This document shows positions 1-10,911 of a DNA stretch of 64,000 nt, piece by piece (the stretch's first letter is position 1; each line of letters opens with the position of its first letter). This DNA comes from Toensbergia leucococca (taxonomy: Eukaryota), in assembly GCA_022813965.1 (NCBI GenBank), contig JALDZS010000129.1, positions 1-64,000 of the forward strand. The letters run 5' to 3'. Made by a program: the position numbers and the translations under genes. Under the pieces are notes generated by a model, which was not told the DNA's origin, did no database searches, and was given only the letters and a program-made list of their open reading frames with translations.

Positions 1-850
1 CGCCTTCTCACTAGAAAGCGCACATCAACTTGACATGCACTAGAGGTTTTCTCTCTAATCACCCTACTAAGGCGTTAAAAGAACAATCTAACAATCAACA
101 CATTCATTTTCATCATGTGATACCTCAGAAACCGCTCTAGGCCTCTAACTTCATACTCTACAATCTTCAACAGGCATTCACATTACTAGAAACCCTCATT
201 TCAAACAGTGTGCTAAGTTGTCCTTTCATATTTTGTAGAAACGCATTTAATGCTGAGAGACACATAAGATGAGACACTACTACTGAAAGATGTGTTTTGT
301 TTTTAGTGATGCAGTATTGACTTGTTAGTGTTGTGATATTTTTTGATTAGATATGAGGGTTTGAGGGGGGGTGATTGAGATGAGGGGAAAGAATGAGATA
401 AGAGCAAAAAGAGTTTTTGAGTAAGACTTCAAGAATTAGAGAAAGGGGCAGTGAAGGAAAAGAAAAGGATAGAAAAGAAAGAGTAAAGCACTCAGGCAAG
501 AGAAGGAGTAGAATCAAAGACCCTCAGTCTGTTTTCTTTGATGCAGAATGACTGCTTATACTTGAGAAAAAGAAGTTGTGCACTGATTGTGTTTTATGTG
601 ATTGGTTGTGCAGTAGGAAGTACTAGTGCTGTACCTTGAGAGAGAGATGTTTATTTTGGTCAGAACAAGGGCGCAATAAGATTGCTTGACTTTTTAATTT
701 TCACAGATGGTAGTGATGAGGAATTTTGCGTTGAGGAAGGGGAATAAAGAATGGTTAGGAGGGTGATGAGAATGTGAAATTTGAAAAAGTTTGCAGTGTG
801 TGTGTGTGTGTGTGACTATCATACCTTAATGTATTGAGGTATTGTATATA
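1..850. other. AT-rich, CpG-depleted decayed sequence (relic gene or TE)
   Basis: Very few CG dinucleotides, many TG/CA, no ORF of 60 aa or more in any frame. Confidence 0.5.
796..814. repeat. (GT)9 microsatellite
   Basis: Seen directly. Confidence 0.9.
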
Positions 851-904
851 ATTACCTGAAACCCCTCACCCACCCGATCCCTCATACCCCACAACCAAAA
901 CACC

Positions 905-1914
905 TCAAACCCCATTCAAACTCGCCTGCGCCACAAAAACCATTCCCTTCTCAAAATAATCCACCAACACCCCCTTCGGCGCCCGCCCATACAACCCCTC
1001 ACACAACCCCACCTGAGCACCAATACTGCCCGTGCCCGTCGCAGCATTGGTCGTCTCATCGGCCCCGTTGTCCGGCACGTCGATGCCAAAGATGTCGATG
1101 TCTAGAAAGTGGTTGACGATGTACATGCGGCCGTCTGGGGAGGCGCCGGGGGGTCGGTCGAGGTTGCATTCGGGGAAGGTGGGGTCGGTGGTGTCGTAGG
1201 GGGTTTCGAAGAAGTAGGAGAATTCGTCGAGGATGTAGGGGGTTGTGGTTGGGGAGGCGCCGTAGTCTGGGTGTTGGGTTGGGGTGAACGGATTAGTGCG
1301 ACTGTAGGGGAGATGGGGAGTTTGGGGAAGGAGGGGAGAGATGGGGCTGGAGAAAGGAGAGGTGGGGGAAAGGTACCCAGGAAGACGACGAGGCGCGTGT
1401 TGGCTGTTATGAGTTCTTGGATGGTTGGCCATGCGTTTATGGCGAGGATGGCAGGACTGGATGAGGGGATAAAGGTATAGGGTTTAACTTCCGATGCGGT
1501 GAATGCGGCGTCGAAAAGGCTGACGTCAACGTTGTCGCCATTGGTCAGTAGCAGAGTCAAGACCTCGTTCGGATTGACATCAAGCCAAGCCTTGACCGTT
1601 GACAAGTACAGTTGCACGCTCCCGGCGTCCAATTCGTAGCAAGATGTGTGGCAGAGGCTCAAGGTGCCAAAAGGGTTTTTGTGGGACTGAGCTTGCAGGA
1701 AGCGAATGCCAGCATTGAGTTGAGCTGTTACGGACTCATCTTGGTTGTCCTGTGGGAGGGCGCCAACGAAGGCGGAGTCGTGCGATCCAATTTGGGAGAC
1801 ATTGGAGTACTGTCGGGAGTAGAGAGCGGTATTGCCGTTGCAAGCTGTCTGTGCGAAAACGAGAGAAAAGAGACTGACCAGCAGCGAAAGCGCAAACAGG
1901 ATATACGAATGCAT
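905..1914 (-). CDS. Secreted PI-PLC X-domain (PLC-like phosphodiesterase) protein; intron 1267-1376
   Basis: Signal peptide MHSYILFALSLLVSLFSLVFA, ACNG, GSHDS, QLNAGIRFLQAQ, LCHTSC, NPNEVLTLLLTN. A GTACCT...CAG intron joins LVVFL-DYGA to the exon with FETPYD, NHFLD, VLVDYF. Confidence 0.85.
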
Positions 1915-2628
1915 GCTAGATGATGTCTAGGTTGAAACGAGACTTGAAGGAATGAGAGGAATTGATCTCGAGATAAATAGCTCTTCTGACCTTTCTTCAC
2001 CCGTAGAGGGTGAAGCGCGTGCATGTTCACACGATCCATTTCTTTCCCAATGAGAAGCTTCAGACGAATCCCATGCTGTGGATTGCATTCTCAGTGATTG
2101 ATACAGGCCGGAGAGTGGTGTTGTTTGAGATGGCTTGCATCGGGAAACGCTCCGATTTAGTACCAACTCCGCTTTTCTCCTTGGTCACGTAGTACTTTCC
2201 TAGCAGTAGGAGGTACCTAGATTGTGATGTGTGAGGGAGTTCAAAGGCCACTTTCTTGGGGGCATACATAATAGTAGGTCATCCTAAAAATGAAGGTGCT
2301 TCTATTTCGCTGAAGCCACTTTGAAGCCTGCCGCCACTTGCTGACCGAGTCCACCTACCTGCATATTCCGCCTAGAAATGAACATGGCGAGCACAAATCT
2401 GAGGCTACTTGTGACTGGATGCGTGTGCAGCGACTTGCATCTGTGGTGGCCATCAGTGCTGCAGAGCAAGCCGAGCCAAGCCAGAGCGTTTCCCCTTCGA
2501 GCCTCGAGCCCCCTCACCTCCTTCAGCCTCGCTCTTACTGTGACTGTTGATTTATACGAAGATCAAGTGACGATGATCATATCATTCGAAGCAATCACTG
2601 ATGAGATCTATGTCCCTCATAAGACTAG

Positions 2629-5600
2629 ATGACGCCCACATTTGGCTTCTCGGTGGGGGATTTCATTAGCGCGATAGGTAGGCCAGGCCAAACTCGCCAA
2701 GTGGTGAAGGTCATTCGGGCAGCGCTGATCAAGCTCGTGAACAGGTCTGATTAAAAAGATCAGCAAAGCACTGAAGTCTTCCGGCGGAGCCTCAGCTGAA
2801 TATCAAGACACAGTCCTCGAACTCAACCAGCTCAAGAACGTCCTGCGCGAGCTCGAGGCATTGGAGCCCACAGAAGACAACATCAATCATGTCAACGCCA
2901 TTCGAGGAATGGCCCTTGCGTGTCTGCTGCCACTACGAGAATTCATGGTCAAGGTTGAAAAATACGAGTTCGCTTTAGGGCCCTTTGCAAAAAAACAATT
3001 ATTTCGTGGTGCTCAGCGGAAGACACAATGGGCCGTCTCGTTTGCAGAAGACGTGGAGAAAATACGAGCTATGGTCGCGGCCTAGTCCATGAGCATCAGC
3101 CTTCTACTCGCAACATATGCGTCGTAAGTCTCGTTGGCCTTACGAGACCTATATTCAAGACTTAGCAGCCTATAGAACATCTCTTTCGAACATACAGTCA
3201 GGAGCCAAAAAGGACCACAATACCTTGATGTCAAAGATAGTCGAGCACCAGACAGCACTTCATCAGATACAAAACAAGATGGAACATACAGAAAGAGCTA
3301 CCAATGCCAAACTTGACGCCATATCACACTCTGTGGTAACATTTAGTTGCATCAGAGATCAAGTTCTGGCTTTTCTTGCAACATTTCCATCAGAGCTGCG
3401 CGGCCTTTTACGAAATATCTTGCAATCGAATTGGCAAATATATCAAGCGCTTCTCGAAATACAAAAATGTACTGCTCAATCCCCTACCGGCTTGCTTGAC
3501 TCCGATATCAAGTTTGAAGATGCCTTGGGGGAGTTTAGGCAATTACCTTATGAGCACTTTAGGTACTGGGAAGTAAGTCTGTAATTCTACTCGACCGTTC
3601 AAGTAATCAATAGTACTACATGATAACAATGTCGTGAGGGTAGCCTTTCGAAGGGTTACTGCGTGCACACTTCAAGAACAAGCCAGGGGAGGCCAAGGTC
3701 TCGATAGGTGACTATCATATCATGGACCTCAAGAGAAGGAACGTCATCGCTAAGGAGCATTGGACACGGACGATTAGTCGAGGATCCACGATATCAATGT
3801 CAATGATAATGTCTTCCCTTCGAAGACAAGTCGGAAGGTGCCCACGACGAAGCTGTGAGGGTTCTGCGGTAGCGGAAAACGATGCATCAGCTACTTCAAC
3901 ATGGTAAAGTCTTGTTCCCATGTAGAGAGTCTTAATGCTAAAGAGCATCAGCAAAGTTTGCGGTCTGAATTTTTACACAACGTTAAATGGCCTAGAAAAT
4001 TCTTTTGGCCGTGTGACGGTCCTCGAAGAAGAGGACACGATCGCACGTCTGCAGGCTGAGGAGGATCAACGGCTTTATGGTGGACGGCCAATGCCCCTAG
4101 ATACCGACGAGATCGAAGACGCATCGGGTTTGAGTAATTCCATGTCGAGGAATCGTAGCGCTCCACCAGTCAGACAAGAAGACGAGCCCCCTGCAAAAGC
4201 AATGAAGTTGGAAGATCATTCAGGCTCTTTTGAGGAGATCTTATCTCCGCTCCACGCTTGGCTCGCTCAGACCACCGCGCCCATGGCAGCAAACTGGACA
4301 GCCGAGCAGCCATATAAAGGCAATCTAGGGCTAGTCCAGGATGCTATGGCTTTAGAGGCAACGGAGATTGAATTCTTTAAGAATGTTCACATGGATAATA
4401 CCCCACGGCCTATAACATCCGATGCACACCCGAATATTCTGGAGGAGGTGCCAGATATGGGATTGGAGGCGCAGATCTATTACCGGAACATCTTAGATCG
4501 ATACCCCCTGTTGCCCCGTTATCTAGCTCGTCGACTTGCGGAAGCCAATTCCAATCGTTCAGAAAGGCTTCAGCGTCGACGTGAGGAAGCCGTAGAATCA
4601 GGCGCTCGCTCCAAGATTTCGAGCAACATAAAGAAATCTAGATTCCTTAATTGTAGGATTTGCGATCAGTCCTTTGCACGGCTAAAGTATCTGAAACGGC
4701 ACGAGTGGTTGCATACGAAAGAGAAACCTTTCCTATGTAAGCAATGTGCACGGGCTTTCAAGCGGCCTTACCTGCTCCGTAGGCATCAGCAAAAGCTGCA
4801 TATGGCAGATCCCCCAGATCTACAATCCACCAAGATGAGAGCAAACAGTGCCAATCGAGACCGGGGACAGGTTGAAAATTACAACCCTTCTACGAACGCC
4901 TATGGTAAGTCTTGATGTTGAGCCAAATTATGGCATCGAATTTTGCAAGTACTTAAATGCTTTGGCACAGATATCGAGCTGGTGCGAAGTTATGAGGTAC
5001 CCCCACCATTGCCATCGCCATTATTCGAGTACGAATTTTCGAGTCGTTCCTCATCGTCGTGGGATGGATGGCCCGTGCATCCCCCGCGAAGTAATGACAG
5101 CTTCAATAGTCCACCAAGTCCTTCTTCGTATCTGTGGGGCATACGCTCTCCAGATGATTCTATTCGTACTACGCAAGGAAATTATTGGGGAATCGGAGAT
5201 CGAGCATCCGTACGATCGCGTTCATCTAGTATGAACAGCTCACTACATGGAGAGCCAAAATTTGACCCGCAAGAACGAAATCTTGATCTTCTCGGACATC
5301 AAGAAATGTCCAATTTTGATGACTGTGTTCGTTCAACATCTGGTCTTCCGCCACCTCCGATAGCATGGAGCAGAAAGCTTTCAACAGTAGAGTGTTATGC
5401 TTGTGGGGAGATCATTGAGTTTCGGCGGAAATTGGAATGGCAGTAAGTTAGCCATGTCCGAATCGTATTTTTGGCTCACTTTTGTGAACAGGCGGCATAT
5501 TATCAGCGATCTTCGTCCTTACGTGTGCACCGTACTCCATTGTCCCTTTGGCACAGACACTTTTAATTCAATGTCTGCTTACTTGCGGCATGAGACTCAA

Positions 5601-5927
5601 TGGCACAAGACAAGTCCTGGGACTTCTCAGTCTTCTTCCAGTGAGTCAACATATATGAAGGAAAATGAATCATGTACGTTCTGCGGCCTCACAACCACAG
5701 GAGCAATGGGAAAGAACAGCTGGTGCCGACATGTAGGACGTCACATGGAAGAGATAGCCTTCACCGTCATTTCAAAAACCTACAAGGACTGGGAATTCTA
5801 CTCAGATTCTGCGACTACGGGGAGTAGCCATGATTTCAATGGTCAGCCATCAGAATCACGATTCAACAGCGCTGCTCCCTCTCGCGCCATTTGTCCTGGT
5901 GATACGAGGCTAGTTGAATGTCAATAA
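2629..5927 (+). pseudogene. Multi-exon gene: fungal STAND N-terminal (HeLo-like) domain, ubiquitin-like domain and C2H2 zinc fingers; in-frame TAG at 3083-3085
   Basis: Exon 1 MTPTFGFSVGDFISAI, exon 2 GLIKKISKALKSSGGASAEYQD...; IKFEDALGEFRQLPYEHFRYWE/PFEGLLRAHFKNKPG; fingers CRICDQSF..HEWLH and CKQCARAF..HQQKLH; late EWQRHIISDLRPYVC and RHVGRHMEEIAF. About 6 canonical introns. Confidence 0.7.
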
Positions 5928-6265
5928 TTTGTACGAATTGCTTTACTCAGACTAGCCCGCTATGGCGCCGGGACCCTGAAGGTCACTCACTCTGCCACGC
6001 CTGGGTAGTTTTTCTTAACATCCAAGACACTGTCCACCCTCTCTCTCTGAATGTAGACATTACAGGAACGTAATCATGGCAGCGGCAGCTCTCATCAGCT
6101 GGCATGACGGCAAGTAGACACTAACTCATTTAAGGTACTTAGGTAGGTAACTGTCCAGCACCAGACGTCATGATTACTTCGAGTTTCAGCATGTGGATTA
6201 TCCTGAATGAATCGATCTTTGATGGGCTGCCAGGTTTCACCGAATGCATCAATAAGGTCTGAATG

Positions 6266-7041
6266 CCGTATTATCTGTCATATAAGATACTAATCCTTTA
6301 GTCCGTTCATCGTCTGAAGTCCAATTGGAACCATATCTTATAGTCCAGTAGTATCTTTTAAACAAAACCATATCTTATACTCAGTCCTCGGGCAAGGTCT
6401 AATAATCAATACATTCACTTGAGAAATTCACCATACTCACTACCAACCTCTCTGACACATCCCCGCCTCATCTTTACACATCTATCTAGATAGTCATGGC
6501 CCCCCCTCATCAAAGGGACAGATCGCTGAACTAGCTGATAAGCCTTATGATAAATATCTTGAGAAGCACGCTTCCGGAAAGTACAGTGTAGGTGAAAGAT
6601 GTGTGATGTTAACAGAATGAGTGAGTAAGGCTTGAAGGGAACCGCATAGAGATAAAGCAGACTTGATACGCAAAACCTTCAGACAAGTAGGACTTTCCCT
6701 AGCTGTGGATGGAAGCGAGGATAAGGATTTATGGATCAAGGATATACCAGATATTCAGGTGGGGGACTGAACTAGAAGATCTGAAGAAACAATCAATCTT
6801 GACTCGGTGGATGAAAATAAGGAGGAAGGAGAGGAGTATTTGACACTGACGATGAGGATGATGATGAGGATGAGGAGGTGGAATACGTACCTGAGACCCC
6901 CCCCCACATGTAGATAATATCTTACTAGATATTATCTTATAGACCAAAAGTCCCTCGGTCTGTTAGAATCAATCTGGAACCATATCTTATAGCGCAGTAT
7001 ATCTTGTAAACCGACCATATCTTATATGACAGATTATACGG
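6266..7041 (+). mobile_element. Non-autonomous, internally deleted pogo/Tc2-like DNA transposon (776 bp)
   Basis: 24-bp TIRs with 1 mismatch (6266-6289 CCGTATTATCTGTCATATAAGATA and 7018-7041), TG on both flanks, internal transposase C-terminal remnant. Confidence 0.85.
6510..6770 (+). pseudogene. pogo-family transposase C-terminal remnant
   Basis: Translates GQIAELADKPYDKYLEKHASGKYSVGERCVMLTE*VSKA*R..DLIRKTFRQVGLSLAVDGSEDKDLWIKD. The stops at 6618 and 6633 fall where Trp is expected in this family. Confidence 0.7.
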
Positions 7042-7273
7042 TGTTCTTTCACTGCTATTCATTGCTACATGATAGACAAGTGAGAGTCACTGAGAACACA
7101 ATATTGGTGAAGTCATCAAGAGTACAAAGCTGCACTGACTACTGACATTGAAAAAGTTCCATCGTGCTGATCACTTTCACCAAGACCTCGAGGATACTTG
7201 CCTTGGGAAGACTAGAAAGTGGACTATTGATGTCAAAACATTTATTGCCAATTCGTCCATTCAACATAAAGAT

Positions 7274-8782
7274 CTATTTCCTGTCTTGCGCCATACCCGA
7301 CAGCCCCGACTTGAATATAGGACTATTCTTAAGCTGGCTCCAATCAGTCACCATCATCGAATTCTCGCCTGAAGAAATGACAGCTTCATAACCTCTCTCC
7401 ACAACCTCCTTCTCATACGCAGAGATGGCATCGATGAGCCGTTTGCCATCGTGAGACACCTCCCTCAGCGCCCGACCTAGGTGTGCAGCATCTTGTATAG
7501 CATTGTTGAGACCTTGACCGCGATCTGCGATGAAGCTTAGCAAAGAATACTTGATTCATTTGTTGGTTGGCTTACGGAATGTCATCGGATGCGCAGCGTC
7601 CCCAGCCAAAGTCACCCTTCCCTGCATGTTGTCCCATTCAACAGTAGGCCATTGTCCGATGCGATCGCACCTAAGAGTAGAACTTGCCGGCGCTGCAAGG
7701 AATGCAGCACGAAGTGGCTCCCACAACTTGCTGCTCCACTTGTCCCATATTTTCCGGATCTCCGCAGGGTCAGTAATAGCATCATTGCCATAATGTCGCC
7801 ATGTCAGAATTAGCATCCATTGCCATGTCTCTGGGCTGCTATGATCTGATACGTCATGGACTGTTGTAATGTCAGCAATTCCATGACTAGCCGCCTCATT
7901 TCAAGTATGCTACGACAACGAGGAAAGAGAGCACGCAGACCACGTACGCGAAATAAATGCGACCAAGCCGACAGGATGGTAAGCAATCAAGAACTCTCCA
8001 TCGAGTTGATTTCTGAGCTGCTTGGCTACATCTATCGGTAGACTTGCAAGCGCCACAGCTCCCATCAGAGGTAACCTTTGCAAGCCTGCCTTTTCAGAAC
8101 CAAGGAGAAAGTTTCGGACCCGCGACTTTGCGCCATCAGCGCCGATGAGCAGACTACCAGTCGCTTGGGTGCCGTCTTCGAAGACCGCCGTGACAGTGTC
8201 ATTGTTCTCGGAAAGAACAATGTCACTAATGCGTTTCTCATACTACAATGCCAGAGACACGAAAATCAGCCATTCCTAGCGCCAAGAAAAGAAGACACCT
8301 CCGCCAAAACCTACCTCCACATCAATACCCTCAGCAATCAATTCCCTGAACTTCGACCGCTTCAGCCGTGTTACAGAAGGCGTCGGCATCCTCATCAACA
8401 CCTCCCCCGTCTCCGCATTCAGCATCGGAAAGTAACACTTTTGTCCCGGTGCGCGAGACGGATCCACTTGCGCACTGGCAATGTTCTCCTGAATTTGTCT
8501 GGGAAGACATTCCGCCAGGGCTGACTGCGCCCAGGAGATGCCGAAGTTCCAGTCGCGGGATCGGGCGTTGATATAGGCTTCACGCTCGTAGACGGTGTAG
8601 GATATACCCAAAGTCTTGAGCTGCTGGGCGATGAGTAGGCCGACGGAGCCTGAGATTTGTGTCGGGGTGTAAGTTGACCTTCTTTCTTATCATGGGGAGC
8701 TCCCATAAATGGAGGGCACCACTTTACCAGCTCCGATAATCAGAACATGCAAGGCCGATTCACCATCCTTGTGAATCGCCAT
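7274..8782 (-). CDS. FAD-dependent monooxygenase (FAD_binding_3 aromatic hydroxylase type), about 5 exons
   Basis: HVLIIGAG-SVGLLIAQQL (GxGxxG split by an intron), YERE, LLIGADGAKSRVR, VTLAGDAAHPMTF-RGQGLNNAIQDA. Confidence 0.88.
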
Positions 8783-9296
8783 ATCGCATTCCACTCCTAC
8801 TTTTAGGTAAAAGAAAGTGTATCCGTGAAATAGCTCGTTGAAATAAACACTTTTCGGCTTCCCTACTTCAGGACTCTTCTTATACAATACGCAGATTACT
8901 GAACCTCTCAACTCTACCTATACCGTAATTGACTCACTGGGTATATTTGCATGTTTTCAAGTCTGCGGTGCGCCTTTAGTATGATTGTATGAGGCTCATA
9001 TCCCAAACGGGAGCGCACTAAATAGGAAGGTGTTGACACTCACCCCCGCAATTTAGCGCGTGCAATATAATACATCTGTGAATTCTCAGCACCGCGCATT
9101 CTCCTTTTACCTTCACCTCAATTCCTAAGCCTACACTGAAATTAGTACTTTTATCTCAACAGCTCATGTCTTATAACACATGCAAAAACCTTATTTAGTC
9201 ATTGAAGATTCTGATTGATTGACTTTTGCATCTCTAAATCTGCATGCATTCTCTCTTGACATGCAGATTGCAGCTGCAGATTCATGAGACAGTATA

Positions 9297-9460
9297 TGTT
9301 AGGGTCTCTTTTGAGATTCCGAATTCTGGGTGTAAATAGAAGATGTCTAGCCATCTAGGTGCGGAGTCACTAGATATACCGTGGTAATGCCAAGCCACTT
9401 AGGGTTGCTGGCTCGCCTAACCTCGTCTAACTACCCTAGCCCTAGGAAAGCACCGTAACA
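9297..9460. mobile_element. Solo LTR, family A, copy 1 (164 bp)
   Basis: TGTTA...TAACA termini, perfect TSD GTATA (9292-9296 and 9461-9465), aligns end to end with 10157-10319. Confidence 0.9.
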
Positions 9461-9688
9461 GTATAAGTCACAACAGTTTCATTATGTTTACATCTTAATT
9501 CAATAATTTTACACCTTAGTACATATTCTATTATCATTATCTTTAGTCTGAGTCACTGAGACTATGAGCATCTCTGTTATTCTTACTTAACTTCAGATGA
9601 TGTTAAGTCACAGTTATAATAACAGTCTTGTGATGAAAACTACTCTCTCACAGTATACAAAATAAAGACTCAGTTAAACATTCTAACA

Positions 9689-9886
9689 TGTCAGAATCAG
9701 GCTCAGAGTCTAGTCATAAGAGTATAATTGATAAGAAGACTAAGACTAAGAAAGAAAAGTATTTAGGTGATAATGTATCTAACATATAAATACCCTCAGG
9801 TGACAGCGCTAGGCTCAATGTGACTAGACATGTGTCAATGCCCTTAGGTTAGTATTAAGACTTAGTGAGTCAGCTAGGTTATAATA
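9689..9886. mobile_element. Degenerate solo LTR, family B-like (198 bp)
   Basis: Starts TGTCAGAATCAGGCTCAGAGTCTAGTCA, similar to the 10696 element. Ends TAATA (likely mutated TAACA). Flanks TAACA/TGACA differ by one transition. Confidence 0.6.
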
Positions 9887-10156
9887 TGACAAAATCTTTA
9901 ATGTGAGTTAAGTGTTATCAGCATTTGTTTTCTTACTGAGTATGTTAAGTTAATTAATTTATTTTTTAATTCTTAACAGTTAAAAGGCTGTTAATTTCAC
10001 TGAGGCTGTACTCTTAAGTGCATATTAAAGATCTGCTTCTCATATATTACACTTTAAGACACTAATGCTGATAATAATTATTAGTTACAGATTTCTTTAA
10101 CATTTGAAGAAACTTACTTATTTATTGATTTATTCTCAGAATCATTTATAAGAAAC

Positions 10157-10319
10157 TGTAAGGGTCTCTTTTGAGATTCTGAATTCTGAGTGTAATTAGA
10201 AGATGTCTAACTATCTAGGTGTGAAGTCACTAGATATACTGTGGTGATATCAAGTCACTTAGGGTTGCTGACTCACCTAACCTTCCTAACTACCCTAGCC
10301 CTAAGAAAGCACTGTAACA
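10157..10319. mobile_element. Solo LTR, family A, copy 2 (163 bp)
   Basis: TG...CA termini, perfect TSD GAAAC (10152-10156 and 10320-10324). Confidence 0.9.
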
Positions 10320-10695
10320 GAAACACTATCTATATTTTATAATATAATTCAGTAAGTTATAATAGAATTATCTCTTTATAAAAATATCACATAACACTCA
10401 CAGCTATTTACACACCTTTAAAGATATCAGTACAATTCTTATTTGTAAACATTTAAGTCTGTGTTTATAGCTCAGTAATATTATTTGACTGACTATTTAC
10501 TGCTTAAGTACCTTTAGTTTTACATCAGATTTTACATCACTCAGTGTTATAATAAGTTAAATCTGAGAACAATTCTTAGACTTCTAAAGATCTGTGTTAT
10601 AAAAACATATGATAAATTATAAACTCATCTGCTCATTAAACAGTCTATAAAGAGTGACTAGAAGGTGCATTAGTGTAGAGAAGATGCTTATATTA

Positions 10696-10911
10696 TGTCA
10701 CAGTCAGGTCTAGAGTCTAGTCACAGGGGTACTATTGAATAGAACACTAAAGATAAAGATCTAAAAGTACAGAAGGGAAACGCGCTATAAGTATTCAGCA
10801 GAGTGTCATCAGATAACAGCTGTGACATTTGACAACCTCACATGTTAACTCCTAGCTCTTGTGTTGACCTAGATCTGTGTGTACACTAGAATGCTAGGGC
10901 AGATCATAACA
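10696..10911. mobile_element. Solo LTR, family B (216 bp)
   Basis: TGTCA...TAACA termini, perfect TSD TATTA (10691-10695 and 10912-10916). Confidence 0.8.

Noticed and set aside
6327..7026. CRISPR-like repeats (CCATATCTTATA)
   Set aside because: Eukaryotic context, 12-bp units, irregular spacing; explained as transposon subterminal repeats
9297..10319. The two family-A LTRs as ends of one small retroelement (TRIM)
   Set aside because: Each copy has its own distinct TSD on both sides, and the outer flanks GTATA and GAAAC do not match
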